Positions 11,365 to 24,696 of a stretch of 64,000 nucleotides of DNA are shown one piece after another. Both the position numbers and the translations under genes were made by a program. This stretch comes from Macrostomum lignano (Eukaryota), in assembly GCA_002269645.1 (NCBI GenBank), contig NIVC01000211.1, positions 434,001 through 498,000 on the forward strand, read 5' to 3'. The stretch's first letter is position 1. Each line of letters begins with the position of its first letter. The notes beneath the pieces are model-generated. The model searched no databases, was not told the DNA's origin, and worked only from the letters and a program-made list of their open reading frames with translations.

Positions 11365-12100
11365 AGCTATCCATTGATGTTTTATATCAGCTATCCATTG
11401 GCGTCTTATTAGCTATCCATTGGCGTCTTATTAGCTATCCATTGGCGTCTTATTAGCTATCCATTGGCGTCTTTTATCCGCTATCCATTGGCGTCTTTTA
11501 TCCGCTATCCATTGGCGTCTTTTATCCGCTATCCATTGGCGTCTTTTATCCGCTATCCATTGGCGTCTTTTATCCGCTATCCATTGGCGTCTTTTATCCG
11601 CTATCCATTGGCGTTTTTTATCCGCTATCCATTGGCGTCTTTTATCCGCTATCCATTGGCGTCTTATTAGCTATCCATTGGCGTTTTTTATCCGCTATCC
11701 ATTGGCGTCTTTTATCCGCTATCCATTGGCGTCTTTTATCCGCTATCCATTGGCGTCTTTTATCCGCTATCCATTGGCGTTTTTTATCCGCTATCCATTG
11801 GCGTCTTTTATCCGCTATCCATTGGCGTCTTTTATCCGCTATCCATTGGCGTCTTTTATCCGCTATCCATTGGCGTCTTTTATCCGCTATCCATTGGCGT
11901 TTTTTATCCGCTATCCATTGGCGTCTTTTATCCGCTATCCATTGGCGTCTTATTAGCTATCCATTGGCGTTTTTTATCCGCTATCCATTGGCGTCTTTTA
12001 TCCGCTATCCATTGGCGTCTTATCAGCTATCCATAATGTCTTATATCAGCTATCCATTGGCGTCTTATCAGCTATCCATAATGTCTTATATCAGCTATCC
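11365..12100. repeat. 24-bp minisatellite (CGCTATCCATTGGCGTCTTTTATC), GPCR intron
   Basis: Tandem units starting about 40 nt after the donor. Confidence 0.96.
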
Positions 12101-12822
12101 TTGGAAACAGAATCCCTAAATCCCTAAAGAACCCCTTGATACAGTTACCTTCAGACAGTCAAGTAGTGAAACAGCATAAAGTATTTATAAACTTTACTAA
12201 AACGAACTAAAAGAAATTAATCAGCAAATAGCAATTCTTTACAATTACTCACATTCAAGTCAGTCTCACAAAAAACTTTAATTTCCCAAATGAACTTGAT
12301 AATCTCGTGAGCTATTCGGCTTGGGAATTAACTAAACCAACTGCTCGTGCGCTCGAGTATGCCAGCCGTGACTGGTACACAGTCATAGCATAAACGAAGA
12401 TCGAACAATCTGATGAAAGAAAGACAGGCATATGCGATGCTTCAGTCCGGCCTATCTATCCATCTGAGGCCGGGACTGACTGCTTGTGAATTTCTAATCG
12501 TGTAGAAAATCGTTGCGTGACAACGAGATTCTCATGCCACACGGAGCACACTTAACAGATTTCGGAAAGGGATTGTTAATTTATACATTTTTTTCGAGTG
12601 GGAACTGCAGATATGAAATGCAGAATCAGTCTGACTGGATAATCGAATACTCCTATAGGGTGTTCAGCCCTGGAGTAGATGGAATCTAAAAATATTTCGA
12701 TTTTATCGGTTAGCATTGATTTATAAGCAACTGTCCATTGAAACTTGATTCAACATCTAAAGATGAAGCATGGGTGAAGCTTTTGATGTGTGATTTAAAT
12801 TTTTTTGCAAGTGGACTTAGAA

Positions 12823-13322
12823 CAGCATCTTTGATGCAGAACCCTTGATACAGCATCCTTGATACAACATCCTTGATACAGTATCCTTGATATAGCATCC
12901 TTGATGCAGAACCCTTGATACAGCATCCTTGATACAGCATCTTTTAAACAACATCCTTGATACAGCATCCTTAATACAACATCCTTGATACAGCATCTTT
13001 TAAACAACATCCTTGATACAGCATCCTTAACACAACATCCTTGATGCAGCATCCTCAATACAGCATCCCTTAAACAACATCTTTAATACAGCATCTTTTA
13101 AACAACATCCTTGATACAGCATCCTTAATACAACATTTTTGATACAGCATCCTTGATACAGCATCCCTTAAACAACATCCTTGATGCAGCATCCTTGATA
13201 CAGTATCCCTTAAACAACATTTTTGATACAGCATCCTTGATACAGCATCCCTTAAACAACATCCTTGATACAGCATCCTTAATACAGCATCCTTGATACA
13301 GCACCCTTGATATAGCATCCCT
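12823..13322. repeat. 14-bp minisatellite (CAGCATCCTTGATA)
   Basis: Tandem degenerate units. Confidence 0.92.
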
Positions 13323-13707
13323 GGAACATCACCCTAAATATGCTGTGTAAGGCTTATAAACAAGCCCCTTAAACATTTTGCAGTATAGCTGGGATACATC
13401 ACTGATTCAAATTTTTTCCTCAGCACAGAAGCTGTTCAACTGTCAAACAGAACCTTGACGGATGGCCACCATGGTCAGAAGTCTGTTTAAAATGCAGCAG
13501 ACAAACAAAAGATCGAAGACTATTTTTGTACACTGGGTGCATTGGATTCCCACTGGGACAGCAAATCCCCTTGAAGCTTGGCTTTCAACGCAGTCCCCAC
13601 GTCCCAGGATACATATTTTTTTCAAAGGACACTCGACATTTTGTCCTGGAAAAAGAAGCTAAACCACGGGTTCAGCAAGTAGGAACACATAAACTTGCAT
13701 TTGCTTA

Positions 13708-15506
13708 ACATGCTTATCAGAGCCACATGACACATGCTTATCAGAGCCACATGACACATTCTTATCAGAGCCAAATGACACATGCTTATCAGAGCCAAAT
13801 GACACATGCTTATCAGAGCCAAATGACACATGCTTATCAGAGCCACATGACACATGCTTATCAGAGCCACATGACACATGCTTATCAGAGCCACATGACA
13901 CATGCTTATCAGAGCCACATGACACATGCTTATCAGAGCCAAATGACACATGCTTATCAGAGCCACATGACACATGCTTATCAGAGCCACATGACACATG
14001 CTTATCAGAGCCACATGACACATGCTTATCAGAGCCACATGACACATGCTTATCAGAGCCAAATGACACATGCTTATCAGAGCTAAATGACACATGCCTA
14101 TCAGAGCTAAATGACACATGCCTATCAGAGCCACATGACACAAGCCTATCAGAGCCACATGACACATGCTTATCAGAGCCACATGACACATGCTTATCAG
14201 AGCCACATGACACATGCTTATCAGAGCCACATGACACATGCTTATCAGAGCCACATGACACATGCTTATCAGAGCCACATGACACATGCTTATCAGAGCC
14301 AAATGACACATGCTTATCAGAGCCAAATGACACATGCTTATCAGAGCCAAATGACACATGCTTATCAGAGCCAAATGACACATGCTTATCAGAGCCAAAT
14401 GACACATGCTTATCAGAGCCAAATGACACATGCTTATCAGAGCTAAATGACACATGCTTATCAGAGCTAAATGACACATGCCTATCAGAGCTAAATGACA
14501 CATGCCTATCAGAGCCACATGACACAAGCCTATCAGAGCCACATGACACATGCTTATCAGAGCCACATGACACATGCTTATCAGAGCCACATGACACATG
14601 CTTATCAGAGCCACATGACACATGCTTATCAGAGCCACATGACACATGCTTATCAGAGCCACATGACACATGCTTATCAGAGCCAAATGACACATGCTTA
14701 TCAGAGCCAAATGACACATGCTTATCAGAGCCAAATGACACATGCTTATCAGAGCCAAATGACACATGCTTATCAGAGCCAAATGACACATGCTTATCAG
14801 AGCCAAATGACACATGCTTATCAGAGCCACATGACACATGCTTATCAGAGCCACATGACACATGCTTATCAGAGCCACATGACACATGCTTATCAGAGCC
14901 ACATGACACATGCTTATCAGAGCCACATGACACATGCTTATCAGAGCCACATGACACATGCTTATCAGAGCCACATGACACATGCTTATCAGAGCCACAT
15001 GACACATGCTTATCAGAGCCACATGACACATGCTTATCAGAGCCACATGACACATGCTTATCAGAGCCACATGACACATGCTTATCAGAGCCACATGACA
15101 CATGCTTATCAGAGCCACATGACACATGCTTATCAGAGCCACATGACACATGCTTATCAGAGCCACATGACACATGCTTATCAGAGCCACATGACACATG
15201 CTTATCAGAGCCACATGACACATGCTTATCAGAGCCACATGACACATGCTTATCAGAGCCACATGACACATGCTTATCAGAGCCACATGACACATGCTTA
15301 TCAGAGCCACATGACACATGCTTATCAGAGCCACATGACACATGCTTATCAGAGCCACATGACACATGCTTATCAGAGCCACATGACACATGCTTATCAG
15401 AGCCACATGACACATGCTTATCAGAGCCACATGACACATGCTTATCAGAGCCACATGACACATGCTTATCAGAGCCACATGACACATGCTTATCAGAGCC
15501 AAATGA
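13708..15506. repeat. 24-bp minisatellite (TGCTTATCAGAGCCACATGACACA), about 75 units
   Basis: Highly homogeneous. Explains the 600-aa ORFs of the track. Confidence 0.98.
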
Positions 15507-16751
15507 AATTTTGAGAGAACTACACTCGTAGGTAACAGTCATAGTTATATTAACTCGTAGTTAATACTCGTAGTTAACAGTCATCATTAACATAATGCGG
15601 CTCGAAAACTTGACACTGCAAATAATTTCTATCGCCCAGAGGCTCGGACACATCTTGTGACCCCGTTGACTTCAAACATTGCCTGAGGCTTGAACGAATA
15701 TGTAAATTATAAACGACTGGCTTAATCCCTGGAACGTGACAAACCCAGGTCAACTAAGGGTTGGTTCTGTTTGACAGGAGAAAAAACTCAATACACTCCT
15801 CGTTAGCTTCGAGGCTTTCTCGCGCTGTTATGCAGCCTTAGTTACCTACAATGCATTGATTTCACGCACGATATGAGATACAGCTAGGGATATCCAATAT
15901 CAGAATGTTATAAACTCGGCTTTAGCTGAGGAGATTTCACGCATAGATCCGAGCCTTATCAATTCCTTTCCACGACAAGAAATTCGCTGACAAAAAAGAC
16001 GGTAACTCAATCAGCAAGTTGGCTAAATTTTACTCGATGTATATGCTGACAAGCTACATGGACAAGGCAGTGGTGAGAGGCTCTGTTAGAGACGCGAAAT
16101 GCGAATCTGTCTGTTACTTATTGACTGAACCTCTTCTTGCACAGGACTCTTGTAGATAGAATCTTGACCAATTAATGTGTGTGGAATTTGAAGGTAACCC
16201 ATAGCTAGCCTTATGGTTGTGTAGCATCTCAAGAAAATCCTACTTTTTCAAGTTTTTTTACTCTTCTTTCGATTCGAAGCTACAAAGCTTTGTTCATTTA
16301 AAGGATTTTCTGCTTCGATGATGTCAAAAACTGGATTTAGTATTCTGCAAATCTGAAATTTAAAAGCTTTTAGGACTCACAGTCACATGATGGTTGTTTA
16401 CCGTTCAATAGATTATCCCTTAGAACTAATAGTATTTAATCCTATTCGAGTTTTGTCATTTAATGTTCTGTTGTGGCAGCGGTGGGATCGTGTTTATGCT
16501 GGATTCTTCGGTTCTGCAGCACTAAGAGAATTACACCTGAATTCTCAAAATATCATATTTAATTAAAGCTCGGTTTCACAAGTTTTAGTCGGGCTCTGAC
16601 TGTAAACAAACAAATTCAAACAAGATTGCAGCTTGTCCGATTTCGCTAACGTAGGTTTTCTTTAGGATTTTCGTTTAGAAAATGCAGAGATTGCCAATGG
16701 TTGAAAATTGATCAAGCTCGGCTCTGCTAACCGCATTTAATCGCCCCTCAG

Positions 16752-17662
16752 GCGTCCGTCACCCGATGCTTCGGCGCCGGATCTGTACAAAGCGCAGCGC
16801 CCGCCGCATCATCTTCATCTTGGTCACCAACAGCTACGCCCTCTGCCTATGGAAGCCGTTTATGCACGTCACCCAGCGTTTGAACGCCAACGTCACCGCC
16901 TGCTTGCCGCGTCCCGGGGCCAACGTTGAGCTGTTCGTGCTGGACACAGCCTACGCTGCCCTGCTAACCGTCATCCCGTCCGCTATCATATTCGTCTTCA
17001 ACGCTCTGATCGCTCGTCACTTGCTGATTGTACGCCGTTCTCGATCGTGCACCAATCACGACGTTGTCGGGCACCAGTTCGCCTGTCTGCTACTGGTCGT
17101 GTCGTCCACTTTTCTTCTCCTGACTTGGCCCTACTATCTGGTCTGGATTGTCAGCTTTGTGGTGAAGTTTCGCATCCGCACCGGCCTGACCGACAGCTAC
17201 CTGACAATCGACGGAGGTGACGGGATTAAGCAGGGCCAATACGGCAGCGCCATGACCGTCACAAAGACCATCTACTACCTGACTTACAGCGTCAACTTCT
17301 TTCTCTATTCCTACGCCAGCACCTACTTCCGCAAGGAGATGAAGCGAATGTTCACCGTGAAGATGAAGCGGGACAAGGCTCGCCGATTCTATCAGCATGG
17401 CAGTCAGGAGGGCCCGACGGAGCGGTTCAACTTCACCATGAGCCGGCCAAGCAGCGGCGGATCCACCTATGCCGGGCTGCTCGACCGCTACAAGAAGATC
17501 ACCATCCGTCGGATGCCGACCATGCGCAAGCCCACCGAGTCGGCTATCACCGGCGGCGGCGTCGGTGGCGTCAGCGGCGTCAGCGTCTCCGGTCCCTCAT
17601 CGTCGTCGCAGGTGGTGGCAGCCCAGATGCACAACTGCCGAGCGATTGAAGAAGCGAATTGA
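16752..17662 (+). CDS. Class A peptide GPCR, coding exon 2 (ICL2 to C-terminus); FMRFamide/sex-peptide-receptor/GPR139-like
   Basis: Acceptor ccctcag|GC completes G|GC, giving ERYIGVRHPM...CT. TM6 FLLLTWPYY, TM7 YSVNFFLY. Joined CDS 457+911=1368 nt, i.e. 455 aa plus stop. Confidence 0.92.
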
Positions 17663-18642
17663 ATCAATAATAAATCAAATAATTGCGGAAAATTTTTTGA
17701 TTCGGGTGAGCCATTCGGTTTTCATCACGCAGATTGAGTCAAGTTTAAATTAACAAAATCTTTTCCGTCATTAACGAATTATTTAAACTATCGAGTTATT
17801 TGTGTTTTTGTTTCTATATTGACGAGTGTTTTACCAGTTTATTTGATTGCTCTTACATTTTAAAACATCCTGAGAGTTGTAAACTTGTTTGTATGTAGTT
17901 GGGAGACTCGAACTTGTTTATATTTCAAATCTTTGCAGCCACATATCGCGATTAAGATCGAAAGCTGCATTGGAACTTCGATTGTTCTTTGTAACCAAAC
18001 ACACAATAAATCTGAAGTTAATCGCGTATATTTACCATATTTACTTCTATAGTAGCACTCTGATTCGGCTATTAACGTTATTGTTAATTGTTATAATATA
18101 GCACTTGTTTTACTAATTTTGGCACTCCTAACAACCCTGTTTATCTTGCGTATTTGCACCTGTTAAATAGCAGAGTGCACCGCCACTGAGATTATAATTG
18201 AGTCAAGGTTATACTTGTTTTGAATTTACCGCAACTCTGTTTAAAAAGTGCATATTGCCACGCGTTGCCGTTTTCTAAGAAAATGTACAGAATTTTTCCT
18301 CCCAACGTCGAACTTTACCGCTTATGTTTTGATCTGAATGTACGTGTACTGAATTATGCACAAGTTTTCGATTTTTTTCTGCACATTTTTGTTTATGTTG
18401 AAGAGTAATTTTTTCTTGTTTTCTTTCCACAGGCACATAGCGTCGCTATTGTTTTAATGTGAAGTTCCCCATGTCACAGCGACGTCCAGTACGCAAGTAC
18501 AATTACACTTGAATGCACCCCGTTATTAGATGTGGCACTTGTGTGCAGCGTCTTTTTGCAACAAGTTTCAATTATAAATTATTACTATAATAATAAACTT
18601 AACTGCAAACTGCACTATAAATGTTGGAAAGGTTCATTGGTA

Positions 18643-19008
18643 AGGGGGGCCGTAGCCCAGCGGTCTAGCGCAGGCTCTGGTGTTCCAGCGACCCAGGCTC
18701 GATTCCAAGTGCAGTCACATTAATTTGGGGCTGAATTGGAATCTCTGCTTGGCTCTGTTCGTGCAATTAACGGCCTTGAGAGCCAACCCCCAAGGCGCAG
18801 TGAAGTGTACATGCCTAACGATAAAATAAAGTTAGGGCCGCTGTACACTCCTTTGTGAGTGTGTACCTGCGTACGTATCCTTGCGCTTGTATGCCTGCTC
18901 AGGGGAGTCGGCGGAATGGGCAGTAATGCCTCTCGCCGGTTGTGTGCCAATGTCGCTTAAAGTGCGCCAGGGTGCACACAACCCCCCTGCTTCTAATAAA
19001 AAAAATAA
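18643..19008 (+). mobile_element. tRNA-derived SINE (family B) with 15-bp target-site duplication
   Basis: A-box-like TAGCCCAGCGG, B-box-like GGCTCGATTCC, A-rich tail. TSD AAAGGTTCATTGGTA at 18628-18642 and 19009-19023. Confidence 0.88.
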
Positions 19009-21399
19009 AAAGGTTCATTGGTACCACTGAATAAGTAATTTATGTATCAGAGTTGCTCAGCGTTACGAAATATTGGCTAGAGTGGGGGGGTGTGCGATTC
19101 ACACTTGGCCCAAGACACATGTACATGCCTGACCTACCAATCAATAACAATTGCCAAGGCTGAGCTGCAATAATATCACGGCAGCACAGCAAATCCATGG
19201 AGGCACGACAATAGCTTATACAATAGAAAGAATTACTACTACAGCTACTAGCATGCTAGACGTTGCTTTCATGCAAAGACAAAAAAGCCAGCAGCATACA
19301 TATGTAGGCACAGCGGGCCACACCCTGGGTGAAGCATTTATATAATTCTCTCTTCTACTTTGTGTGAACTGCTCACTGCTCAATACGAGAGTCAGCGCAC
19401 AGGTAGGTTGGCTGCTCATTCGCGTGGAACGGCCACGCAGATGGGAATGAGTGAGTTCTGCCTCACTGGCTCAAGCGGTTACTCTCTCGTTCCTATAATT
19501 CTCCCCATTTTCCGACATGCGGCCCTCCCCATTCCTGACGAATGCTTTTTGTTGCAGAAATTCTCTCTACAGTTTTGTTTAAAAAGCGATTTTCAAAAAA
19601 AATCACCTCAGGTAGGCTGAGGGGAGGCAATGACGTCAACTTCAACAGGTAATTTCTGTCTGACTAAAAAAACGGTAGAATTTCAAGGCTGCACATTTCT
19701 TTTTTGTAAAAAATTCAATCTCATATTTTTGGTCATTCGATAATAAAAAAAGTGTGGCGGACCTTGTCTGTCTTCCAAATGATCCCTACAGTATAATGGA
19801 AGCAACTCGCCCCCTCGAGTGGCTCTTCAGCTGCGGAACAAAAAAAGACAGTGGCTGGCGCGAGATGCGGTGAGTAGGAAGGAACTTTTTAATAAAATAA
19901 CCGAAATATGCGAAATTGAATTCATTAGAGAAAGAAGAAAAAATGTGCGCCACTTTGAAATGACAAATTAAAATTTTAAATTACTTGAAATTTAAGTTCA
20001 TTTAAATAAATTTGCTTTGTTATACTTGTACGCCAGTCGTGTAGCACTGAGGGCTCATCATGATATACACCCAGTGCTGTTACAAAATTTAGATATAATT
20101 ATAGAGTATTTCTCTTTATTTCATAGTGTTTGATAAGCAAAAATTTATTTGCCATCTAAAACTAATAAATATAGAAAATTAAAAACCCTATACGGATAAT
20201 ATAAATTTAATAACGATTCATTCAAAAGAATCAAATCAGTGATAAGCGATCTGGTTTCGGCTGCCAAATGTTTAAAACAAACAGTTTAAAAAAATAAATA
20301 AGAAATTTCCTTACGATTTTAACATTTTAAGGATATTTTTGAACACAAAGTGATTAATATCTAACCGTATAGCTGCACATTTAATGTAACTGTATATAAT
20401 AACAGTATATTTTTATTCATGTTGTCGGATAATATCTGTGCGCCGATATACAGCAATAATTCAGGATCCAATGCCAGAATAAAACTAAAAACACAAAAAA
20501 CACAGACTTGTAACACAAACAAATAAATAATTAACTAAAAACTGTCTTAATTTCGTAAGACGATTCTCTTAACGTTAATTTTAGCCGCATATAACACGGG
20601 CTGATGTTGGCCAAACGTGCAAAATAACTGAGGAAATCAGTCACTTTGAACTAGCAATATACTATCAATATTATTCAAACTATTAGGCTAATTTTTGTTT
20701 AATACAAACGTCACTCTTGACATAAACTAAAAAGTTATCGAATCAGTTTTAAATTCTGGTCCAAGACTTTCCAATTCAAACAATCGCACTTTTTAATATT
20801 GCTCATTGGTTTTAAAAATCGCATTCCAAGTGCAAGAAATCAACCTCTATCCATGATTAAAGAGTATTTGCTCTCACCTATTCCGAACGCACTGGCCAAT
20901 ACAAAAAATCCTATTATCTATGCACAAATAATATTTTAACAAAGGCCAAATAAAATAAAACTGCGGGGGCTTTTAACACAAATATTTGTTGTAACGAAGA
21001 CATGGACTAAAACGTTGATTAAATCTTGTACGTCTACAAGTTAATAAAGATTAAAGGAAGGTATCTGGTATACGAGTGAACTTCGACCGTAGTCTGTACG
21101 AAATGCACAATAAATAATATATCGGTAAACGAGTGCAACACCAAAACTGAACAAGAGAACACAGAGAAGCATGAGGTTATGATGGAGTTGTTTTGAAGTA
21201 TTGGTATAACAACAGATCGAACTTGGCCGATGTCCAAACACGTTGAAACAGAGCGTTTTTCCAGGGCACCTGACACCTACAGGCCTATTAAATAGGTAAA
21301 CACCAGTGCAGCGAAACAGCGAAAATAAATTTATTGCAAAAATTGTACATGAATTGCTGTCAATATAAGTTTCTTAACTCCAATGCACACCTCCGTCTC

Positions 21400-21975
21400 C
21401 AAAGATCTCTTACCCCACTGTACACACCGCTCTCTCAGGAATCTCTTACCCCACTGTACTCACCGCTCTCTCAGGAATCTCTTACCCCAACTGTACTTAC
21501 CGCTCTCTCGGGAATCTCTTACCCCACTGTACACACCGCTCTCTCAGGAATCTCTTACCCCACTGTACACACCGCTCTCTCAGGAATCTCTTACCCCAAC
21601 TGTACTCACCGCTCTCTCAGGAATCTCTTACCCCACTGTACTCACCGCTCTCTCAGGAATCTCTTACCCCAACTGTACTCACCGCTCTCTCAGGAATCTC
21701 TTACCCCACTGTACACACCGCTCTCTCAGGAATCTCTTACCCCACTGTACACACCGCTCTCTCAGGAATCTCTTACCCCACTGCACACACCGCTGTCTCA
21801 GGAATCTCTTACCCCACTGTACACACCGCTGTCTCAGGAATCTCTTACCCCACTGTACACACCGCTGTCTCAGGAATCTCTTACCCCACTGTACACACTG
21901 CTCTCTCAGGAATCTCTTACCCCACTGTACTCACCGCTGTCTCAGGAATCTCTTACCCCACTGTACACACCGCTA
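21400..21975. repeat. 36-bp minisatellite (CTCTCTCAGGAATCTCTTACCCCACTGTACACACCG)
   Basis: Tandem units. Confidence 0.95.
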
Positions 21976-23114
21976 TAGTAACTTTTAACCACCTGCACCA
22001 CAGCTAATATTAAATACAACTGTATTGTATCTACAAGAACACTTACCTGACAAATAATAACAAAAAATAACGGAGCAAAACATCACAGAATAAAATGCCG
22101 CACAACAGAGAAGGCATCCAACAAGAAGACAAAAGCCAAGATTAATATTAAAGTTAAAATTAAAAGCCAAATAAAAGAAGCACGAAGACCAGACACAAAA
22201 TTCGCGAACTGCTCACGCAGCTGTTTAAACAATTATTACAGTTATAAACGGAAAATATTATTTGTGTCGAACACAAAACTAGCGGAGACAGCAAGAATAA
22301 ACGTGAAAAAAACTGTTTAAAAAAGAGCCATATTATTTGTCGAAAACCAAAGCACTTAATTTTATAATTTAGAAAGTCGTCGAATGGCTACAGAAAATTT
22401 CTTTTTTTATGTTTTCTTCAAAAAATGATGAGGTTTGGTGCACGCACTAAAAACTCTATAAAAACAGGCTTGTGTTATAAATCATTGAATTAATTTTGTT
22501 ATATTTTTCTCTGCAATTTAGTTAAAACAAAACGCACAAACCATAAAAAATCTCTACTGAATATGCGACTTGGAAAAAATACTGAAGAAAACAAACCAGT
22601 ATAACTGTTTCTGAGTGTCTGGCCTAATATTTTACCACCATATCAACTAAACATAGAGAACGACACAGAAATAAAAGTTTATAATTTTTTCTCTGAAAAA
22701 ATAGACACACAAAACATAACTATAAGACACGGAACAAAGATCACAGGAAAAAACGAAAACACCAAAAAGTGAACAACAAATCAATCAGGATCGACTTCAA
22801 AAGAAGGATTAGCAAATAAAGCTATTTTTTACACAACAGCCATACGAGGGAATTAAAAACACTGATAGATAAATTGGAATCGACTGACATTGAAAACGAC
22901 ATTTTCTATAACTTAGCTATACTAGCCTTAGACATCGTGTATCCAGGGAGCGTTCGCAATAACCGGTCAAACAATGATTGCAATAGCAATGGAAAAAACT
23001 TTAATTAAGTAATTACACTTATTGACTGCTGCGTGGCGCTGCAGCTTTAGAATAATAAAACAATTAGGAATGCAACTTTCAGCTTTGCCACGACTTTCAG
23101 CATTAGATTGTGAC

Positions 23115-23773
23115 TCAATGTACATTCTCGGGGGTAGAGAGGAATCTCGTGCTATTTTGACTCTCTGCCCCTCAATGTACATTCTCTGGAATCTCGTGCT
23201 GGTCTGATTCTCTCTGCCCCTCAATGTACATTCTCTGGAATCTCGTGCTAGTCTGAATCTCTCTGCCCCTCAATGTACATTCTCTGGAATCTCGTGCTGG
23301 TCTGATTCTCTCTGCCCCTCAATGAACATTCTCTGGAATCTCGTGCAAGCCTGATTCTCTCTGCCCCTCAATGTACATTCTCTGGAATCTCGCGCTAGTC
23401 TTATTCTCTCTGCCCCTCAATGTACATTCTCTGAAATCTCGTGCAAGTATGACTATCTCTGCCCCTCAATGTACATTCTCTGGAATCTCGTGCTGGTCTG
23501 ATTCTCTCTGCCCCTCAATGTACATTCTCTGGAATCTCGTGCAAGCCTGATTCTCTCTGCCCCTCAATGTACATTCTCTGGAATCTCGCGCTAGTCTTAT
23601 TCTCTCTGCCCCTCAATGTACATTCTCTGGAATCTCGTGCAAGTATGACTATCTCTGCCCCTCAATGTACATTCTCTGGAATCTCGCGCTAGTCTGATTC
23701 TCTCTGCCCCTCAATGTACATTCTCTGGAATCTCGTGCTGGTCTGATTCTCTCTGCCCCTCAATGTACATTCT
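23115..23773. repeat. 49-bp minisatellite (TCTCTGCCCCTCAATGTACATTCTCTGGAATCTCGTGCTGGTCTGATTC)
   Basis: Unit starts at 23162 and 23211 (period 49). Lies about 120 nt past the FNDC3 stop. Confidence 0.95.
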
Positions 23774-23889
23774 TGGCCAAGTTGCAAGCCTAGACTAGAA
23801 TTAGACACAATAAAATTACTGCAGACAATTCGACAGAACAAATAAACCAATGTAAATTAGTCGCGAATGCCCAATCTCAAGCAACAAGC

Positions 23890-24260
23890 TCAATCGGCAT
23901 TAACTAGCCGTCTCAGCAGCATAGAGGCCGCCACCGCTAGCAGTGCAAAGGCTGCCAAAATGGCGGCGGCAACCCGCCTCTCGACCAGGCCACCCTGTTA
24001 GCGCTGCACATTGCCGCCTCGGAGAGTGGCGCCATCGAGACGTTGCCGCCGCTCCGACGCGAACACGACGAATAAGACGAACTGCCGGAGCCCCCGACGC
24101 TGCTATTAGGCCTAGCCTGAAACACGGCTGTGTTCGAGAAGGAGCTGACCAGCTCCTCCTGAGTGTCGGGGCACTGACGAATGGCTGCCACGCGAAGCCG
24201 ATATTCAGCGTTCGGGCGGAGACAGCCCAGATGGCAGCTCGTCTCCGGGCCTTTGTACAC
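23890..24260 (-). CDS. FNDC3: FNDC3-like, last exon (end of FN3-8 plus C-terminal TM anchor; needs one extra nt near 23995)
   Basis: Acceptor cttgccag|GTG TAC AAA (VYKGPET...YRLRVAAIR). The TM segment VERRVAAAILAAFALLAVAASMLLRRLVNAD* is in the -1 frame at 23994-23890. Confidence 0.8.
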
Positions 24261-24400
24261 CTGGCAAGATCGAGGGGCGTGCCATCGATAATAAAAAATT
24301 TGGTTAGAAATAAACCTAGATCTGGCATCATATTTACATTTAGATGTCTATGAGCCCTGGCACACTAAGCTACAGGCACCCGGAGCACCCTAATCAGAAT

Positions 24401-24695
24401 ATAATTGATACATCTACTCCAATGGCCAGATGTGCAACCGACAGCTCAGCCGCAGCTATTGCATGGCGCATCTAAAGGCTGTATACGGCTGTTTAGTCCA
24501 AGGACTGGAAGAGGGTCGCCACACACCCTCAATTACCCCAGCTAATGCTGGCACCAATTTTACAGCTGGGTTAACTGAGACAATGCAGAGTTGAGTGTCT
24601 TGCTCAATGACACAAATTGTTCCAGTGGAATCGGGAATCGAACCCACGACCTTCAAGTTGTGAGTCCGACGCTCTATCTACTAAGCTACAACCCC
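24401..24695 (-). mobile_element. tRNA-derived CORE-type SINE, full-length copy (family A)
   Basis: Reverse complement: GGGGTTGTAGCTTAGTAGATAGAGCG...GGTTCGATTCC (A/B boxes), then TGTGTCATTGAGCAAGACACTCAACTC...CTCAGTTAACCCAGCTGTAAAATTGG, resembling the MIR CORE domain as recalled. Confidence 0.87.
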
Positions 24696-24696
24696 A

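Noticed and set aside
13622-15542. 600-aa ORFs (ALISMCHV / GSDKHVSC / THAYQSHM)
   Set aside because: Open frames of a 24-bp intronic tandem repeat; open in several frames on both strands.
23943-24353. Antisense ORFs over exons (also 27790-28113, 17090-17398, 35216-35623)
   Set aside because: Shadows of GC-rich coding exons on the opposite strand or frame, with no recognisable domain.
24630-24695. tRNA gene (and similar heads at 6198 and 18643)
   Set aside because: No complete cloverleaf or matching acceptor stem; each head continues into a shared SINE body and tail.
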